From Octopus sinensis (taxonomy: Eukaryota): a stretch of DNA of 64,000 nt. The first letter of the stretch is position 1, and the number at the start of each line of letters is the position of its first letter. The stretch lies in the NCBI RefSeq assembly GCF_006345805.1, contig NC_042998.1, forward strand, positions 129,146,001 to 129,210,000. Reading direction: 5' to 3'. Positions 1 to 12,490 of the stretch are shown here, piece by piece. The position numbers were made by a program, and so were the translations under genes. The notes under the pieces are model-generated. The model made no database searches, was not told the origin of the DNA, and saw only the letters and a program-made list of their open reading frames with translations.

Positions 1-50
1 TAAATATATTACAGTTAAAAAATAAATACCTGATGATTAGGTAAATCTTA

Positions 51-1330
51 TTAAATTTGCAGAGCGTCTTGATAAACAACACTTTTGTTCTTTCGTTGTG
101 GGGCATAAATAAACAAATGATTAGGATTGCCGACTCTTGAGCATCCGACATAAAGTTGGCCATGGGAGAAAACTGGCTCCGCAAGGTTCAGACCTGCCAC
201 GTTCAAGGACTGTTTCTGGGCGCTGTTAATGGTCATTGCAATGCTCAGTTTCAACGGGAAATGCAGGCGCTTGTACTGGAAAGGTACATCCAAGGAAATA
301 AGTGGAATTCTAGGAATGAATACAGGCTCACCGCTTGCTTTACCAATTGTTGTATCCAAGTTTGTTGGCATAATCTTCTTTATTATAAGTAGTGTGTCGT
401 TGCAAAGCTTTGGTGGAAGAGGTTTCGAAGTAGCGTAGCTGGGGCCCCAATCCTGGGGTGAAAGTTGTGAGGTGGGAGACAAGCTGGTGTTAGACTATTC
501 AAGAATTCAACTGGATAATTCACGGCTTCATCGATGTTGAGTACAGCGTCATTGGAATTGTAGATGTGATGCTCACCTGGCAACTGCTCCAGAAGTTTAA
601 AGTTCAAATCATTAACTCCCATATTCTTTGGAGCTAAAATGGCACGGGTTTTCAGCCAGTTGTGGTATGTAAACTGGTTCCTCAGGTTAGGGAACACTTT
701 GTTCATTAGTTCCTTTAAATCAGATACCATATGTCCAAAGGGTAAGCTTGTCCGTCCATACTTCTCGCCAGCCAAAGTGCCATTACCGACATCCAACAGC
801 TGCTTTGAAAAAGTTGTCTGCATCATCACTATGAACTGCACTTTCATGCTGGTTGTGAGTCTTAGCTTTTGCACTCTGCTCCATATGTAGGATGATTTTA
901 TGCTGGCATTTACTTCATCAGCTCTTGTCCCCTTTGGAACCACTGGAAGGGTTTGTCGAAAGTCTCCTGCAAACAAGACTGTGGCACCTCCCATGAGCCT
1001 GGTGTTTTGTCTCAGAACCTGAAGGGACATGTCAAGAGCTTCAAAGGAAACCTTATGGCTCATTGTCGCTTCATCCCAGATGATCAACCTGCATTCATCC
1101 TGAAGTTTGCCTTTTATAGAACCACGACTGATGTTGCAGCTTGCCTTCTCTTTCTTGGATAGGTCCAAAGGATGCTTGAGACAGGAATGAGCTGTGCGGT
1201 CACCACTTAGCAGAGTTGCAGCTGTTCCACTTGCCGCCACTGCTATGGCATTGTGCTTCATATGGCGCAGTTTAGCCAGAAGAACTTTGATGACAAATGT
1301 TTTACCGGTTACACCTGGATCATCCAGAAA
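51..1330 (-). pseudogene. PIF1-family (SF1B) helicase domain of Helitron RepHel, frameshifted
   Basis: Walker A-like PGVTGKTF near 1295-1320; AVAASGTAATLL, LIIWDEATM, GGATVLFAGDFRQTLPV, RAILAPKN; C-terminal FIPRIPL..PF..KRLHFP....AMTIN..Q.QSL...G..L..PVFSHGQLYVGCSRVG (ORFs 383-1261 and 51-482). Confidence 0.9.
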
Positions 1331-1636
1331 GAAAAAGACCTACTCTTTCATTTTCAGTGATCGAAATAATGGTGTTATAAACACCTAGTTGGTCATCCAT
1401 CAGTTTGTATTCTTTATCAGTTATATACGCCGTCATTTCCTCGATGTCATAGCTGATTTCTCATAGGTACTCAATTGCGAGATTGTTTGCTGCATGCCCC
1501 GGATGAAACAGATCAAATGTGGAATTGCCTTGACCTCCTATTGCTTGCACTCGGATGTCCAGGTTAAGTAATGCCTCATTGTAAATGGTGTTATTGAACG
1601 CGGTAATTTCCGCCGAGGTTTGCTTTTGAATTCTTT

Positions 1637-2340
1637 CTAGATGTCCTCTGCCATGCTAGTTTTTTGAATCGCGCAAAGCTTGTGAGGTTCACGCAAGCCA
1701 CATGTCATCAACATAATGAAAAATAGCTGGCGCAGTTGACTTAGCGCTGTGATGATTGCTGTCACCTTCAGTGTCTGGTCCCAGCGAGCATCGTCCTCCA
1801 GTAGTCCATGTTTGACGCAGGCTTCTTCTATAGGTCGTATAGACTTCCCATTGTTTCTTCGAAAGTTTTTGAATGATGTAGTACCTCTGATAGCGTGTAG
1901 CAGTAGATGCAGAAAGAAACACTCCTGCTGATTAAGGTACACATTGTACACCCACCTGATAGCCCCATTTCGAAGGCAGCATCTTCTTCCCAGCCCTCAA
2001 TGCGTGTTTCTTGCTTGCGTATGTTCCATCTATTGTGTGCCTAGATATAGTACATGGGGACCTTTACACACAACAGTGTTCGGCCAAACAGATCACATTG
2101 CCATAATTTGAAGAAAACTGTCAAAGTTATTTCTCTACGTTTCAAGCATTGTCTTCTGTGAAATATACACGCTGACCATTATCAAGATGTACAGATATAT
2201 TTTAAGAAGGTGTTCCTGCATGTAAACAGGGTGTGACCTTTGTGTTGACTGCATTTGTCTAAAAGCAGAACAGTTCTTCATGCTGCGCTTGTCAGTGGCT
2301 GAAGTGACATGAAAGGCATAGTCATTCATGGTATATTCGT
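1637..2340 (-). pseudogene. Helitron Rep-helicase linker region, fragmented
   Basis: MYNVYLNQQECFFLHLLLHAIRGTTSF...EEAC..HGLLEDDARW..TL...QLRQLF..ML matches the typical RepHel linker; upstream VHLDNGQRVYFTEDNA motif. Confidence 0.8.
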
Positions 2341-2989
2341 GAAGAAGTCACTAACCGAAATAAGTGGATCTATTGTTTAGGAAAATACTATTTACTTGTT
2401 TAAGGGTTGTACTGGATAAATTGTGAAAATAACACCATGAGTTCAAATACTAAGAAATAAGCATACTCAATTTGATTTATATATAGGAAAATGAATGGGT
2501 TATTTCCCTTGGCTGTTAAAATAAAATATATTAGTTATATATATATAAAGATTTATCGATTTTTTCAACAATCTGAAGATGCCATGAAGTTTCCAGACAT
2601 GAGTTCTACTCACGTGTCAAGTTTCATCAAAATCGATTAAACGATGGAGGACTTAGCTCTACAACTCTGCTAACAAACACACCCACAGACAGAATTTCCC
2701 ACATATGTAGTAGATGTGTGTGCGGGGTTGGAGTGGGGTGAGGGTGGTAGCATATATATACATATATTGCTTAGTTATTATGAAAAACTGAGTGTTAAAT
2801 TAAAATACTCTGTAGAAACACCAGTATTTCATATCAGTGAATCGGAACTTTTATATCAGGAATATTCTGGTTATAAACGATCACCATGTATTGACTAAAA
2901 AGAAGTCTAATATAGGAGAAAAAACACACGGTGATCACTTATAAACTTTAAGCTTATAAAATATCATAGTTATTATTTACAAAAGTAAG

Positions 2990-3192
2990 GTGGCTAGCTG
3001 GCAGAATCGTTAAGCGCGCCGGGCGAAATGCTTAGCAGTATTTAACCCGTCGCTACGGTCTGTGTTCAAATTTCGCCGAGGTTGACTTTGCCTTTCGGGG
3101 TCGATTAAATGAATACCAGTTACGTACTGGCGTCGATGTAATCGACTTAATTCCCTCACTGAAGCTGCCCTTGCGGCAAAAAATTGAAATTG
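2990..3192 (+). mobile_element. tRNA-derived SINE, family B (core GTCGACTTTGCCTTT...GGGGTCGATGTAATCGACT)
   Basis: A box GCTGGCAGAATCG and B box GTTCAAAT; same core recurs at about 20575, 29580, 30046, 50900, 58800-59567, 60283 and 60421. Confidence 0.8.
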
Positions 3193-3317
3193 TTATTATT
3201 TACAGAAGTGTAAAACTTGGCACTGCCTATCAAAACAACATAGAAAATGGACAAGCTTGTTTATTAAAGCAACACTATGAAATTATAGTTCTTAAATCGA
3301 ACGTGAAGAAGCGAGTG

Positions 3318-3389
3318 GGTACGTTGGTGCAATGATAGCACACTTTTCGCGGAAACATAAAAGTGTGGGTTCGAGTCCCATGCGTACCG
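3318..3389 (+). ncRNA. Atypical tRNA-like cloverleaf (tRNA pseudogene, SINE head or novel Pol III RNA)
   Basis: 7-bp acceptor GGTACGT/GCGTACC, D-stem GTGC/GCAC, stem CTTTT/AAAAG with 11-nt loop, T-stem GTGGG/CCCAT with TTCGAGT loop; T6 at 3399-3404. Confidence 0.55.
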
Positions 3390-3699
3390 AAAACCCACTT
3401 TTTTCTTTGAGGGCTCATATTCCCCAATATTAGACTATTTTCTTTAGTCAATGCATAGTGATCGCTGGAAAGCTTTAAGCCTATAACAATTATTAGTGGT
3501 ACCAAGTCAACTACTCAACAACGTATCTCTATTACAAGCCATCTGTGTTAGTTTTTCTATAACACTCCAGGCTCTCAACGCCTGGCAAAAAGCTCTTGTA
3601 CTTTACAAATACTAACAACCCCATACAGTTGTGAAGGTTTTTTTTCTTGTTTCGATTTACTTTCTTTTTTCCTACTTCCTATTCCTTTCTTTTCTTGCC

Positions 3700-3912
3700 T
3701 TGCAAGTTACTTAGCAGCCACGCTGGTGCCTGTGGCACAGAAAAAGCGGTCTGTACACTGTACACGCTGTTGGCGTAAAGAAGGTTATCCGGCCGTAGAA
3801 ACCACGCCAAAACAGACATTGGAGCTTGGCGAGGCCTTAATGCTCACTGGATCCTGTCAAACCATCCAACCCAAGTCGACATTGAAAACGGACGTTAAAT
3901 GATGATAATAAT
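3700..3912 (+). mobile_element. SINE or LINE 3' tail of RTE type ending in (GAT)n
   Basis: TTGGCGTAAAGAAGGTTATCCGGCCGTAGAAACC...AAACCATCCAACCC...AAAACGGACGTTAAATGATGAT, recalled as a common octopus repeat tail. Confidence 0.55.
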
Positions 3913-4024
3913 GATATATATATCTATATATCTATATATATACATACACACACACACATGTATGTATATGTCTGTACAAATGTATATATATTTTAAGATA
4001 TGCATACATACACAAATACATACA

Positions 4025-4064
<40 letters not shown>

Positions 4065-4574
4065 TGCTGAAAAGCTCCTAGATTCTCACGCACATAAACG
4101 CGTGTGTTTGTATGTGCATATGTATATTTGACCGCGTACATGAAAGTATGAGTTTGCAGGTAAGTGGCGGACGCAATTACTTGCTTTGCATTGCTTTTGC
4201 TTAAGAAGATGCCGTTATAAAATCTGGTAAAGATGCAGTCATCAGCGAAAATTTCCCAAGACAGTCCGTGATGATATTAGAATTAAATCGACAGTCAACT
4301 AGATGACTGATAATTTAATCTCGGATTTATTTTATCATAATCAATACTTCACATGATTCAGCTGGAATATTATCAGCTTGAAATCAATCGAAGAACAACA
4401 GTAATAACAATTACAATGGGGATAAAAATATCATCAATAACTATAATTTCATTAATCCAGCAACAGTAACAATATAATCGTAAAATGATTATGATGATAC
4501 TAAACTATTTACTTTCCTCAAGGGAAACATATATACAAACATTACGATACAATGCTACAGGCAATAAATCATTT

Positions 4575-4935
4575 TTAATGGTGGAACTCGAAGTAGACGG
4601 AGCTATAAAATTAGTGTGTAGAATATTGCGTTGGAAAAAGTCGAAGACTAACTATGGGACTCGAGACCACACCTTCTATGACAATCGTTCTACCATTATA
4701 ACAAAGTAATCCCTTGAATTTTTCCATCCCTTCATGCTGTTGAGAATAAAGCTTCTAAAAATGTTTGGAGAAATTCGGAGGGTTACTTTGGTATAACGGT
4801 AGGACGTCGGTCATGTTTATGGAAGATGTGGGATCGAATTCCATTTGCAGCCTTCAACTTTTCCCAGCCAATGGTGTTTTAACCCAATACTTTACTATTA
4901 TAGCTTTGCCTACTTCAAATTCTCCAGTAACAAAT
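4575..4935. repeat. Old imperfect inverted repeat (arms about 4575-4727 and 4765-4935)
   Basis: Reverse complement of the right arm aligns by eye with the left arm, e.g. CTACCGTTATACCAAAGTAACCCTCCGAATTTCTCCA vs CTACCATTATAACAAAGTAATCCCTTGAATTTTTCCA. Confidence 0.7.
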
Positions 4936-4987
4936 CGAATTAGTTCAAGTTCTCTCGAAGTTTCTAATTTCTAATGACGTAAACTAT

Positions 4988-5395
4988 TTTATAGACTTGG
5001 TAATACCACCAGAGAGAAATACATCCACAAAAACACAGGAAAAATTATCTTGGGGACAGAAATAAACCGGTGTGGGCAATGGACACTGAAGTAATACCTA
5101 TCGTTTTTAGTGCTCCCAGGTTTATGAAAAAGGGACCGAACAAATTTATTAACGAACTACCTGGTAACACCAATATTCATCAACTCTAAATGTTCAGCAT
5201 CCCTGGAACAACCCTCATAGCCACAAAGATGCTCTTTATTAAATAGTAACAACACTCCCTTTGGCGCCCTAGAGCCATGGATTGGACTCCGGTTCCATAA
5301 AGAATTAACGGGAGCAGGATTCAGTAGATAATGATGATGATGATGACGATGATGATGATAACAACAACAACAACAACAACAACAATGGCACAAGG
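4988..5395 (+). mobile_element. R4/Dong-clade non-LTR retrotransposon 3' fragment (REL endonuclease C-terminus plus tail)
   Basis: Frameshifted FIDLVIPPERNTSTKTQEKLS / EINR.WAMDTEVIPIV..A / ELPGNTNIHQL....GT..I..KML.IK* then (GAT)n(AAC)n tail. Confidence 0.65.
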
Positions 5396-6253
5396 CTTCA
5401 CATTTTGGGAGAGATTATAGGTGTTTAATAAATCGTCTATGGTACTTGATTGGTACTTAATTTAATGTGTCACTGGTGGATGGTATGGTCTTAAACTGCA
5501 TGGGTATTGTAAAGCGTTCTTTTGCCACTGTTGTATCTGTCTTTTGTCGACTGTTGTCGCTCTGATAGATATTGTTATCTTCCGAAGTCGTCGATAGAAT
5601 GGTTCTATCAGTCATACAGTGTTATTACTCTCAAAATGTAGGATAACGTCCACTCAGTATCACAGTATAATTAATATATCAGCCCAGACATGACTATCAA
5701 CACAGTCTACACGTACGCTCGACTTTCGATCTTCACCGCCCTTCTTTCTGTCGACCGGCTTCTAGTCTATTTATAATAGTTAGCTGCTACCACTTTTTAC
5801 TGGGAGGAGTGTACACTTTTTCTATACAAACAATCGGATAGTGGGACACTGGTCCGGGAGTTCCAAGATTCTGAATAGTGTGGACTAACCCCTTAACCAC
5901 TGTTGGGCCCAGGTCCACTCTGACCTCGAGTAGTAGGAACTGCCATAGTCCCAGCATTGGATAGATAAGCACATCATGCTTATTGCCCCTTGAAGAAAAT
6001 CACTAACAGACACCGCCAGCAGACCCAAGGCAGATGATACTCTTCAGCTCTCTTTAACTGCTCATCAAAGAGAAGGTTACTTTATATAAATCCAGCGCCC
6101 TGATAACTAATGGGTTTGTAGAAATTGTCGCATTAGACCGATACAAATTTCAAGTACGAGGGACTGGAACCGGGTCTGGTCAAACCAAGCCCACTATGAT
6201 AATACTCATTGTACTGTTTGTTGAGCAAGCCAAGACACCAGCAATATATATAT

Positions 6254-6293
<40 letters not shown>

Positions 6294-6419
6294 TTTCAGT
6301 ATATAAATACTATTTTTCCCATCATGATTTGCATTTACGTTCTTACTCGCGTGTGTGTGTGTGTGTGTATGCGTGTATTTATGTCTGTGTATATATTCTT
6401 TTAGTAGCTTTAACCTATC

Positions 6420-6471
6420 AACATCATGATCATCATGATCATCATTATCATCATCATCATCATCATCATCA

Positions 6472-6532
<61 letters not shown>

Positions 6533-6540
6533 GATTATTA
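6420..6540. repeat. Compound (CAT)n-(TAT)n microsatellite
   Basis: Direct reading. Confidence 0.95.
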
Positions 6541-6984
6541 TTTGAAGTGCTGACAAAACAAACTTAATATTTCTAACTGGGGATATTTAATCTGTTGTAT
6601 GGATTACAAAATGTCCCTGTCTTGAGAAGCTTAAAACTTTAACAGTCGCAAAATGGAAACGTTGATCCAAACTTACATGCTACGGCGACAGTATAACTTC
6701 AAGAAAAATCAATACTCTTTCTACCCCTCACCCTGCCTTCATATCACTTGACTTCCAGCAAGCCTCCACATCTTCGAACATATATATTTGGAAGAACGGA
6801 AGTCTTTGTGACATACTTCTCGGTAGATATTGCTTCTGACGCTGGAAATATATAGAACATCGAGTATATAGAGCAAATATTCCGATAATACGGAAAATCA
6901 GAGGATAATCTGGATGTGATGTAGTTGCGTGTCTTTATTTGCGATCGTATATATTTATAAATATACTCACACATGCACACTTAG

Positions 6985-7004
6985 AGACCTAGATGTATAT
7001 ATAT

Positions 7005-7075
<71 letters not shown>

Positions 7076-7093
7076 CATACATATACATACATA

Positions 7094-7124
<31 letters not shown>

Positions 7125-7135
7125 ATATACATAAT
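6985..7135. repeat. Interrupted (TA)n microsatellite; similar tracts recur throughout (e.g. 10640-11055, 15620-15860, 25000-25600, 27830-28860, 38205-38380, 42260-43100, 48180-48470, 49390-49650, 51475-51590)
   Basis: Direct reading. Confidence 0.95.
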
Positions 7136-7676
7136 GTGTATTTTTTTTAATGTGTATTATTTAGTATAGAAATTTTTAGTACAATATTATTAATAATATA
7201 TTTAAATTTATATTTTATTATAGATAATATCTTTCATTATTAATTGAATTGCTTTATGGAGGTTCTGTCTCTTAATTCTCTCTATATATATATACATGCA
7301 CACATACATTTACACACATATACACGATAGCCTTATATACGTAATCCGAGGAACTGGAAATCTTCGAACAGAGACCATCCTGTATGTCGACATATACTTA
7401 CACTGTCACATACATACACATAAATATTAAGAGAAATTCACGACACAGATTTCGAATACCAACAATTTAGAAAAATTCCTCACAGAAGTGTTCTTCATGC
7501 AAATTATACATATGATGGAGTTCCATCACTTGGAAAGTTTTGTCAACGGCGCAGAATTTCCCTATGGGGATCTACCGGATTCGAAACACATCCATCGTTC
7601 CCAACTGTTGGATTTACAAACAAGATCTACACCTGGCTGCAATACACACACACACACACACACCACACACACACAC

Positions 7677-7709
<33 letters not shown>

Positions 7710-7729
7710 TATATATGTATATTATATAT

Positions 7730-9120
7730 AAAATAGAAAAGAGTGAAAAAACTACAGAAGGCTTGTTTTATAAGGTTAAAGAATATATTTAAGTCGTTAT
7801 AAATTTATAAGAATGTTATAAATTTTTTCATATAGTAACATAGTTTTTGAAGAAGTTACCGGTTTCGTGTTAACTTTTCAAATTTCTCAAATGTCTTTAC
7901 CTACATCGTGTTATGTCTTCGTTATGCAGTGCAAAGAGGAGTTCCAAGCAGGGGGAGGTAATAAGCGATTTCTTCCGGTATAAGGGAGATAATCGCTTTA
8001 TATTTCTTTTCCCTTATTTAATGGGATGAGTTTCTCTGTATAAGAATGTTAGAATGGTTAAGTTTAAGCTTATATTTTTCAATGAAGAATGTTTCCTTGT
8101 TTAATCTAAATTGTGTTAGTGTTCCAATAGCACATTAATAGAATGGAAATATTAAAAATTGTGGTAGTAGTTGCTTTGCGCATTTCTCAATATGCTCACT
8201 AAAGGGTATCATTCTGTATTCTGGGAATGCAATCTGTTGTCGATGCAGAGTGCATCTACGTCTGAGTGATAATCCCGTGGATCCCACGTAGTTTTGGTGA
8301 CAGCCCGAGCACCTTATGTATTTTCGGGGAAGGTGTGTTGTTGTGTTGAACTTTTCTCAAAGTTTCTATGTCGATTTCTGTTGCACGTCTGATCCCATCC
8401 TCTATGAGTTGAACTGGGTAGTATCTGTCAATTACGGTGTTTTTGAGTTCTTGTAGTCTAAAGTTCCTGGTATTTTGTTCTGACACTATTGTGCATATCC
8501 TTCGTGCAAGGTTGAAAGGGATGTTTGTTTTAGTGCGTCTTGGGTGGCATGAATAAAAAAGTAGGTATTGTTTGGCGTCTGTGGCTTTGTAAAAAATGTC
8601 TGTTTCTATTTCAAGGTTAATTTTTTAAATTAGTATATCAAAGAATGGAAGCTCCTTTTGGTTGTATTCCATTGTGAACTGTATATTTGGGTTGATGTTG
8701 TTCAATAGGTTTTTGAATTTTAGGAGTTTATCTGTGTTTTCATTCCAGAGTATAAAACAATTATTTCCAGGTAGCCCATTGTTAGGTTTGCAATGAGTGG
8801 TGCTGCCCTTGTACCCGTAGCAATTCCAGATTTTTGACGGTAAAATGTATTGTCAAACATGAAGTGGTTATTTTGTAGGATGAATTCAACCGATTTAGTA
8901 ATGAATTCTTTACTGATCCTTTTTGGTATTTCTTCCGGAAATTGGTCCAGCCAGAACTGTATTGCCTCTAATCCATAATTATGAGGTATACTGGTATATA
9001 AATTAACTACATCAAATGAAACCATGATTGTTTCTTCCTTTTTTGGAAGGTGGTTTAACATATCCAAGTCATCTCTGATATGACTATCGATATGTTTAAG
9101 GAAGGGTTTCTACGGCCGAT
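7730..9120 (-). mobile_element. Penelope-like element (RT, GIY-YIG C-terminus and 3' region), decayed
   Basis: MVSFDVVNLYTSIP...FILQNNHFMFDNTFYRQKSGIATGTRAAP.IANL.MGYLE; LNNINPNIQFTME; LPFLD; CHP..TK.NIPFNLARRICTIVS; HIEKCA...F.IFPFY; decayed hammerhead motif at 7851-7887. Confidence 0.9.
8720..9067 (-). pseudogene. Penelope-like reverse transcriptase fragment
   Basis: ORF 8720-9067 carries the PLE RT motifs SFDVVNLYTSIP and YRQKSGIATGT. Confidence 0.9.
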
Positions 9121-10450
9121 AGGTATTTATATTTTTTATATTTTTTGGAACGTAACACCCGCAATAGAGGGATTACTGTATATTCAAAAAGACTGCATTA
9201 ATTGACATCATTGGAGATATTTCCTTTGTTTGTTGTCTTAGATTTCCAAATACCGGAAATGGAATTTGTTATTTCCGAATTTTACGGATAATCTCAGTTA
9301 GTCGAAATTGAACTGTACTGCATGTGTATTGTAAATTCAGAACGATGCATCCATCCGATATAAATTTTGTTATCTGTATATTTGATGCACCCACTGACAC
9401 AGTACACGTATCACCTTATTGAGATACTGGATTAAACAACGATTTTATTATAACACTTCGGATAGTCGGTAATGATGTCAATATACCGTGGTTCTTTGAA
9501 TGTTGAGATAATTATCTCAGCATTCATACAACAAACTGATGGATTAATATCATTACCCGATGATGATTAAAAATAGTGAAACTAACAGTTGTAAGATTTT
9601 GGCGTTTAATCCTGCATTTGTATAAACTTACTCTCCAGTTTTGGATTTTTCATGCACACATACACAGACATACATCGATTTTGCTTGCTTTCTGGTATCA
9701 AATCATAAAACTGCTCATCACAAACGCAAAAAGTGATTTGAGTTCGCTAGATGTTTGTTCAAACACGTATTGCTTGAGCGGTTAGATTATTGATCACCCG
9801 ATTGTAAAGTGAGATCGATCTGCACATTTCGTCCTTGGATAAAGCATTTCCTTTATATAGACGCAGTAGTATCGTTCGTGTGTATATTCGGTCAAAAGAC
9901 TGAGTGAATGGAACATTTTCGTTAGACACTTTTTACGGTTTATTTTATAAAAAAACAGCGTACATATAAAGATAATCTATATATACACAAGAAATAGTAC
10001 TTACCATATATAGAGTGATTATATAATTTCCTATAGTTGAGAAGCTGGCAATAATAAAATAACACCCAGCCCACAAATGTATACATATATGCAAACGTGC
10101 ATGCATACATACATGTATGCCTGTGTGTTGTTGGTAAATGTTTTGCATATGAATTTTTGCTTTGTGCATTAAGTTGGCGGTTATGATTGTCAACGAGAAC
10201 GGTAGAAGAAATGCAAGTTACGAGTTCGCTGTGTTCATGCAGTCCAGTTTTATTTCCACGTTGTTTACTTAATTTTCCCGCCATTGTGAACTGGTGAAAT
10301 GATGACTCTGATAAAATTCGTCATAGTATAATTCATGATGTCTAGGTCTGCTTCATGAAAGAATACGATCATACACATATGCACGCACACAGGCGCAAAC
10401 ATTCACACACACGCATATACGTAAACGTATATACGTGCTTATACATAAAT

Positions 10451-10452
<2 letters not shown>

Positions 10453-10532
<80 letters not shown>
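10453..10532. repeat. (CTAT)n tetranucleotide microsatellite
   Basis: Direct reading. Confidence 0.95.
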
Positions 10533-10534
<2 letters not shown>

Positions 10535-10640
10535 CTGCAATGGATCAGCGTGTCGTGCAGAATTGTGGGAATATATACCCTACAGATTCTGGAAAATCAA
10601 CCGATCCCTTGAGTCTATGGTTCAGGAAGGACCTTTGATC

Positions 10641-10703
<63 letters not shown>

Positions 10704-10748
10704 TATATATATATATATAATATATATATATACATATATATATATATA

Positions 10749-10793
<45 letters not shown>

Positions 10794-10948
10794 ATATATA
10801 CATATATATATTTATATATATACATATATATATATATATATACATATATATAATATATATATACATATATATAATATATATATATATACATATATATAAT
10901 ATATATATAATACATATATAATATATAATATATATTATATACATATAT

Positions 10949-11045
<97 letters not shown>

Positions 11046-11310
11046 ATATATAATGCGAATAGGTAACAAGGATGTCCAGGTATCAGTGCATTAAGGTCGT
11101 TTCAAGCGACTCCATTTAGTCGATTCGACCAATGAAAATATTGCACCAATTTGAAATAAACTACTCTCCTCGGAAGCAGACGACCATATAGATTCCCAAC
11201 ATAAAGGATAAACCTTTATTTTTTAGCAAAATTTCATCAGTACAATTGTTCCAATTTGCTATTTTTGTGGCAGAATAAATTGAGGAAAAATGTATACCTA
11301 AAGCCTACTA

Positions 11311-11542
11311 CAGTTCCCACATTTGGAACTCATTGTGACCGCTTTTGTTTCCCAATATATGCCCCTTTTATTTGATAATCATAGTATGTTTACCTACCAC
11401 TGTACTTCCTCTTTCTGGTCATCACCTCTTCTCTACCAGAAAGAGGAAGTACAGTGGTAGGTAACATACTATGATTATCAAATAAAAGGGGCATATATTG
11501 GGAAACAAAAGCGGTCACAATGAGTTCCAAATGTGGGAACTG
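11311..11542. repeat. Near-perfect palindrome: 109/108-bp arms, 15-nt spacer
   Basis: 11311-11419 equals the reverse complement of 11435-11542 except one T in a T3 run. Confidence 0.95.
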
Positions 11543-12428
11543 AATGTGAAGGTAATGATGTATATCCTGATTTAGCAAAAGTTTATGTTTTATAATAAAA
11601 TTTAGAGATGGATTTTAGAACTATGCAAGAGAAAAAGGATAGATAAATCAATCTAAACATTAAAAGTGGGGTACTTTAATATATAAGAGAAAGCATGTAA
11701 GGCTTTCCCTAGCATATTGCTAAGGTGGTTACACTAAAACTATTCAAGAGTGAACCTCTATACTCAAGTTAAGATATCTGAGTAGGAGTACATATTGAAT
11801 CAAAACCAGAGATTAAATGCTAAAAGAATATGAATATTTCTTTATCTGGTAAACTTATTTAAAAAACCTTGAAAAAATGTTATTAAATAAAAATTACCAA
11901 CATTATGAAAAAAAAACAACATGAAATGATATGAGGGTATAAAAATATAAGAAGGTATATGAAGGTAGAAGGTATAAAAATGCCACATATATAAAAAAAT
12001 TTTATTGAATTTATGAAATATAATTGTACAATTATAAATATAAATGTAAACACCATATTGCATTATATTATACCATGAGTTTTATGAAGGGGAGTTACAA
12101 ACCCCTCCACAATCCATAGAAATTACAGCAGTATATAAGAGGGTGTATAGATATATAAAAAATACAATAATATAAGATAAAAAAATAAATAAAATAAAGT
12201 AACAATGAATGAAAGACAAATTTTTTTGTATAAAATTCCAATAAAGAATTTATAAAATGAAAAAATAATATAAATACTTATATACATTTTATTCACCTAA
12301 CTTCGACCTCCGCGGACTAGACCGAACTGGCTTGGAGACTCAGTTTAAGTACATTATTCATCTGAATCTTAATTATTATTATTGCTATTGTTATCATTAT
12401 ATATATATATATATTATATATTATATAT

Positions 12429-12486
<58 letters not shown>

Positions 12487-12490
12487 TATA

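Larger units (their letters stand above)
1..2714 (-). mobile_element. Helitron, internally deleted and decayed; 3' end lies outside the window
   Basis: Frameshifted RepHel C-terminal half (helicase motifs, linker, VHLDNGQRVYF motif near 2170-2200). Minus-strand 5' end reads TCTACTACATATGTGGGAAATTCTGTCTGT... from 2714, preceded by A (Helitron A|T insertion rule). No HUH/Y2 Rep motifs seen. Confidence 0.85.
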
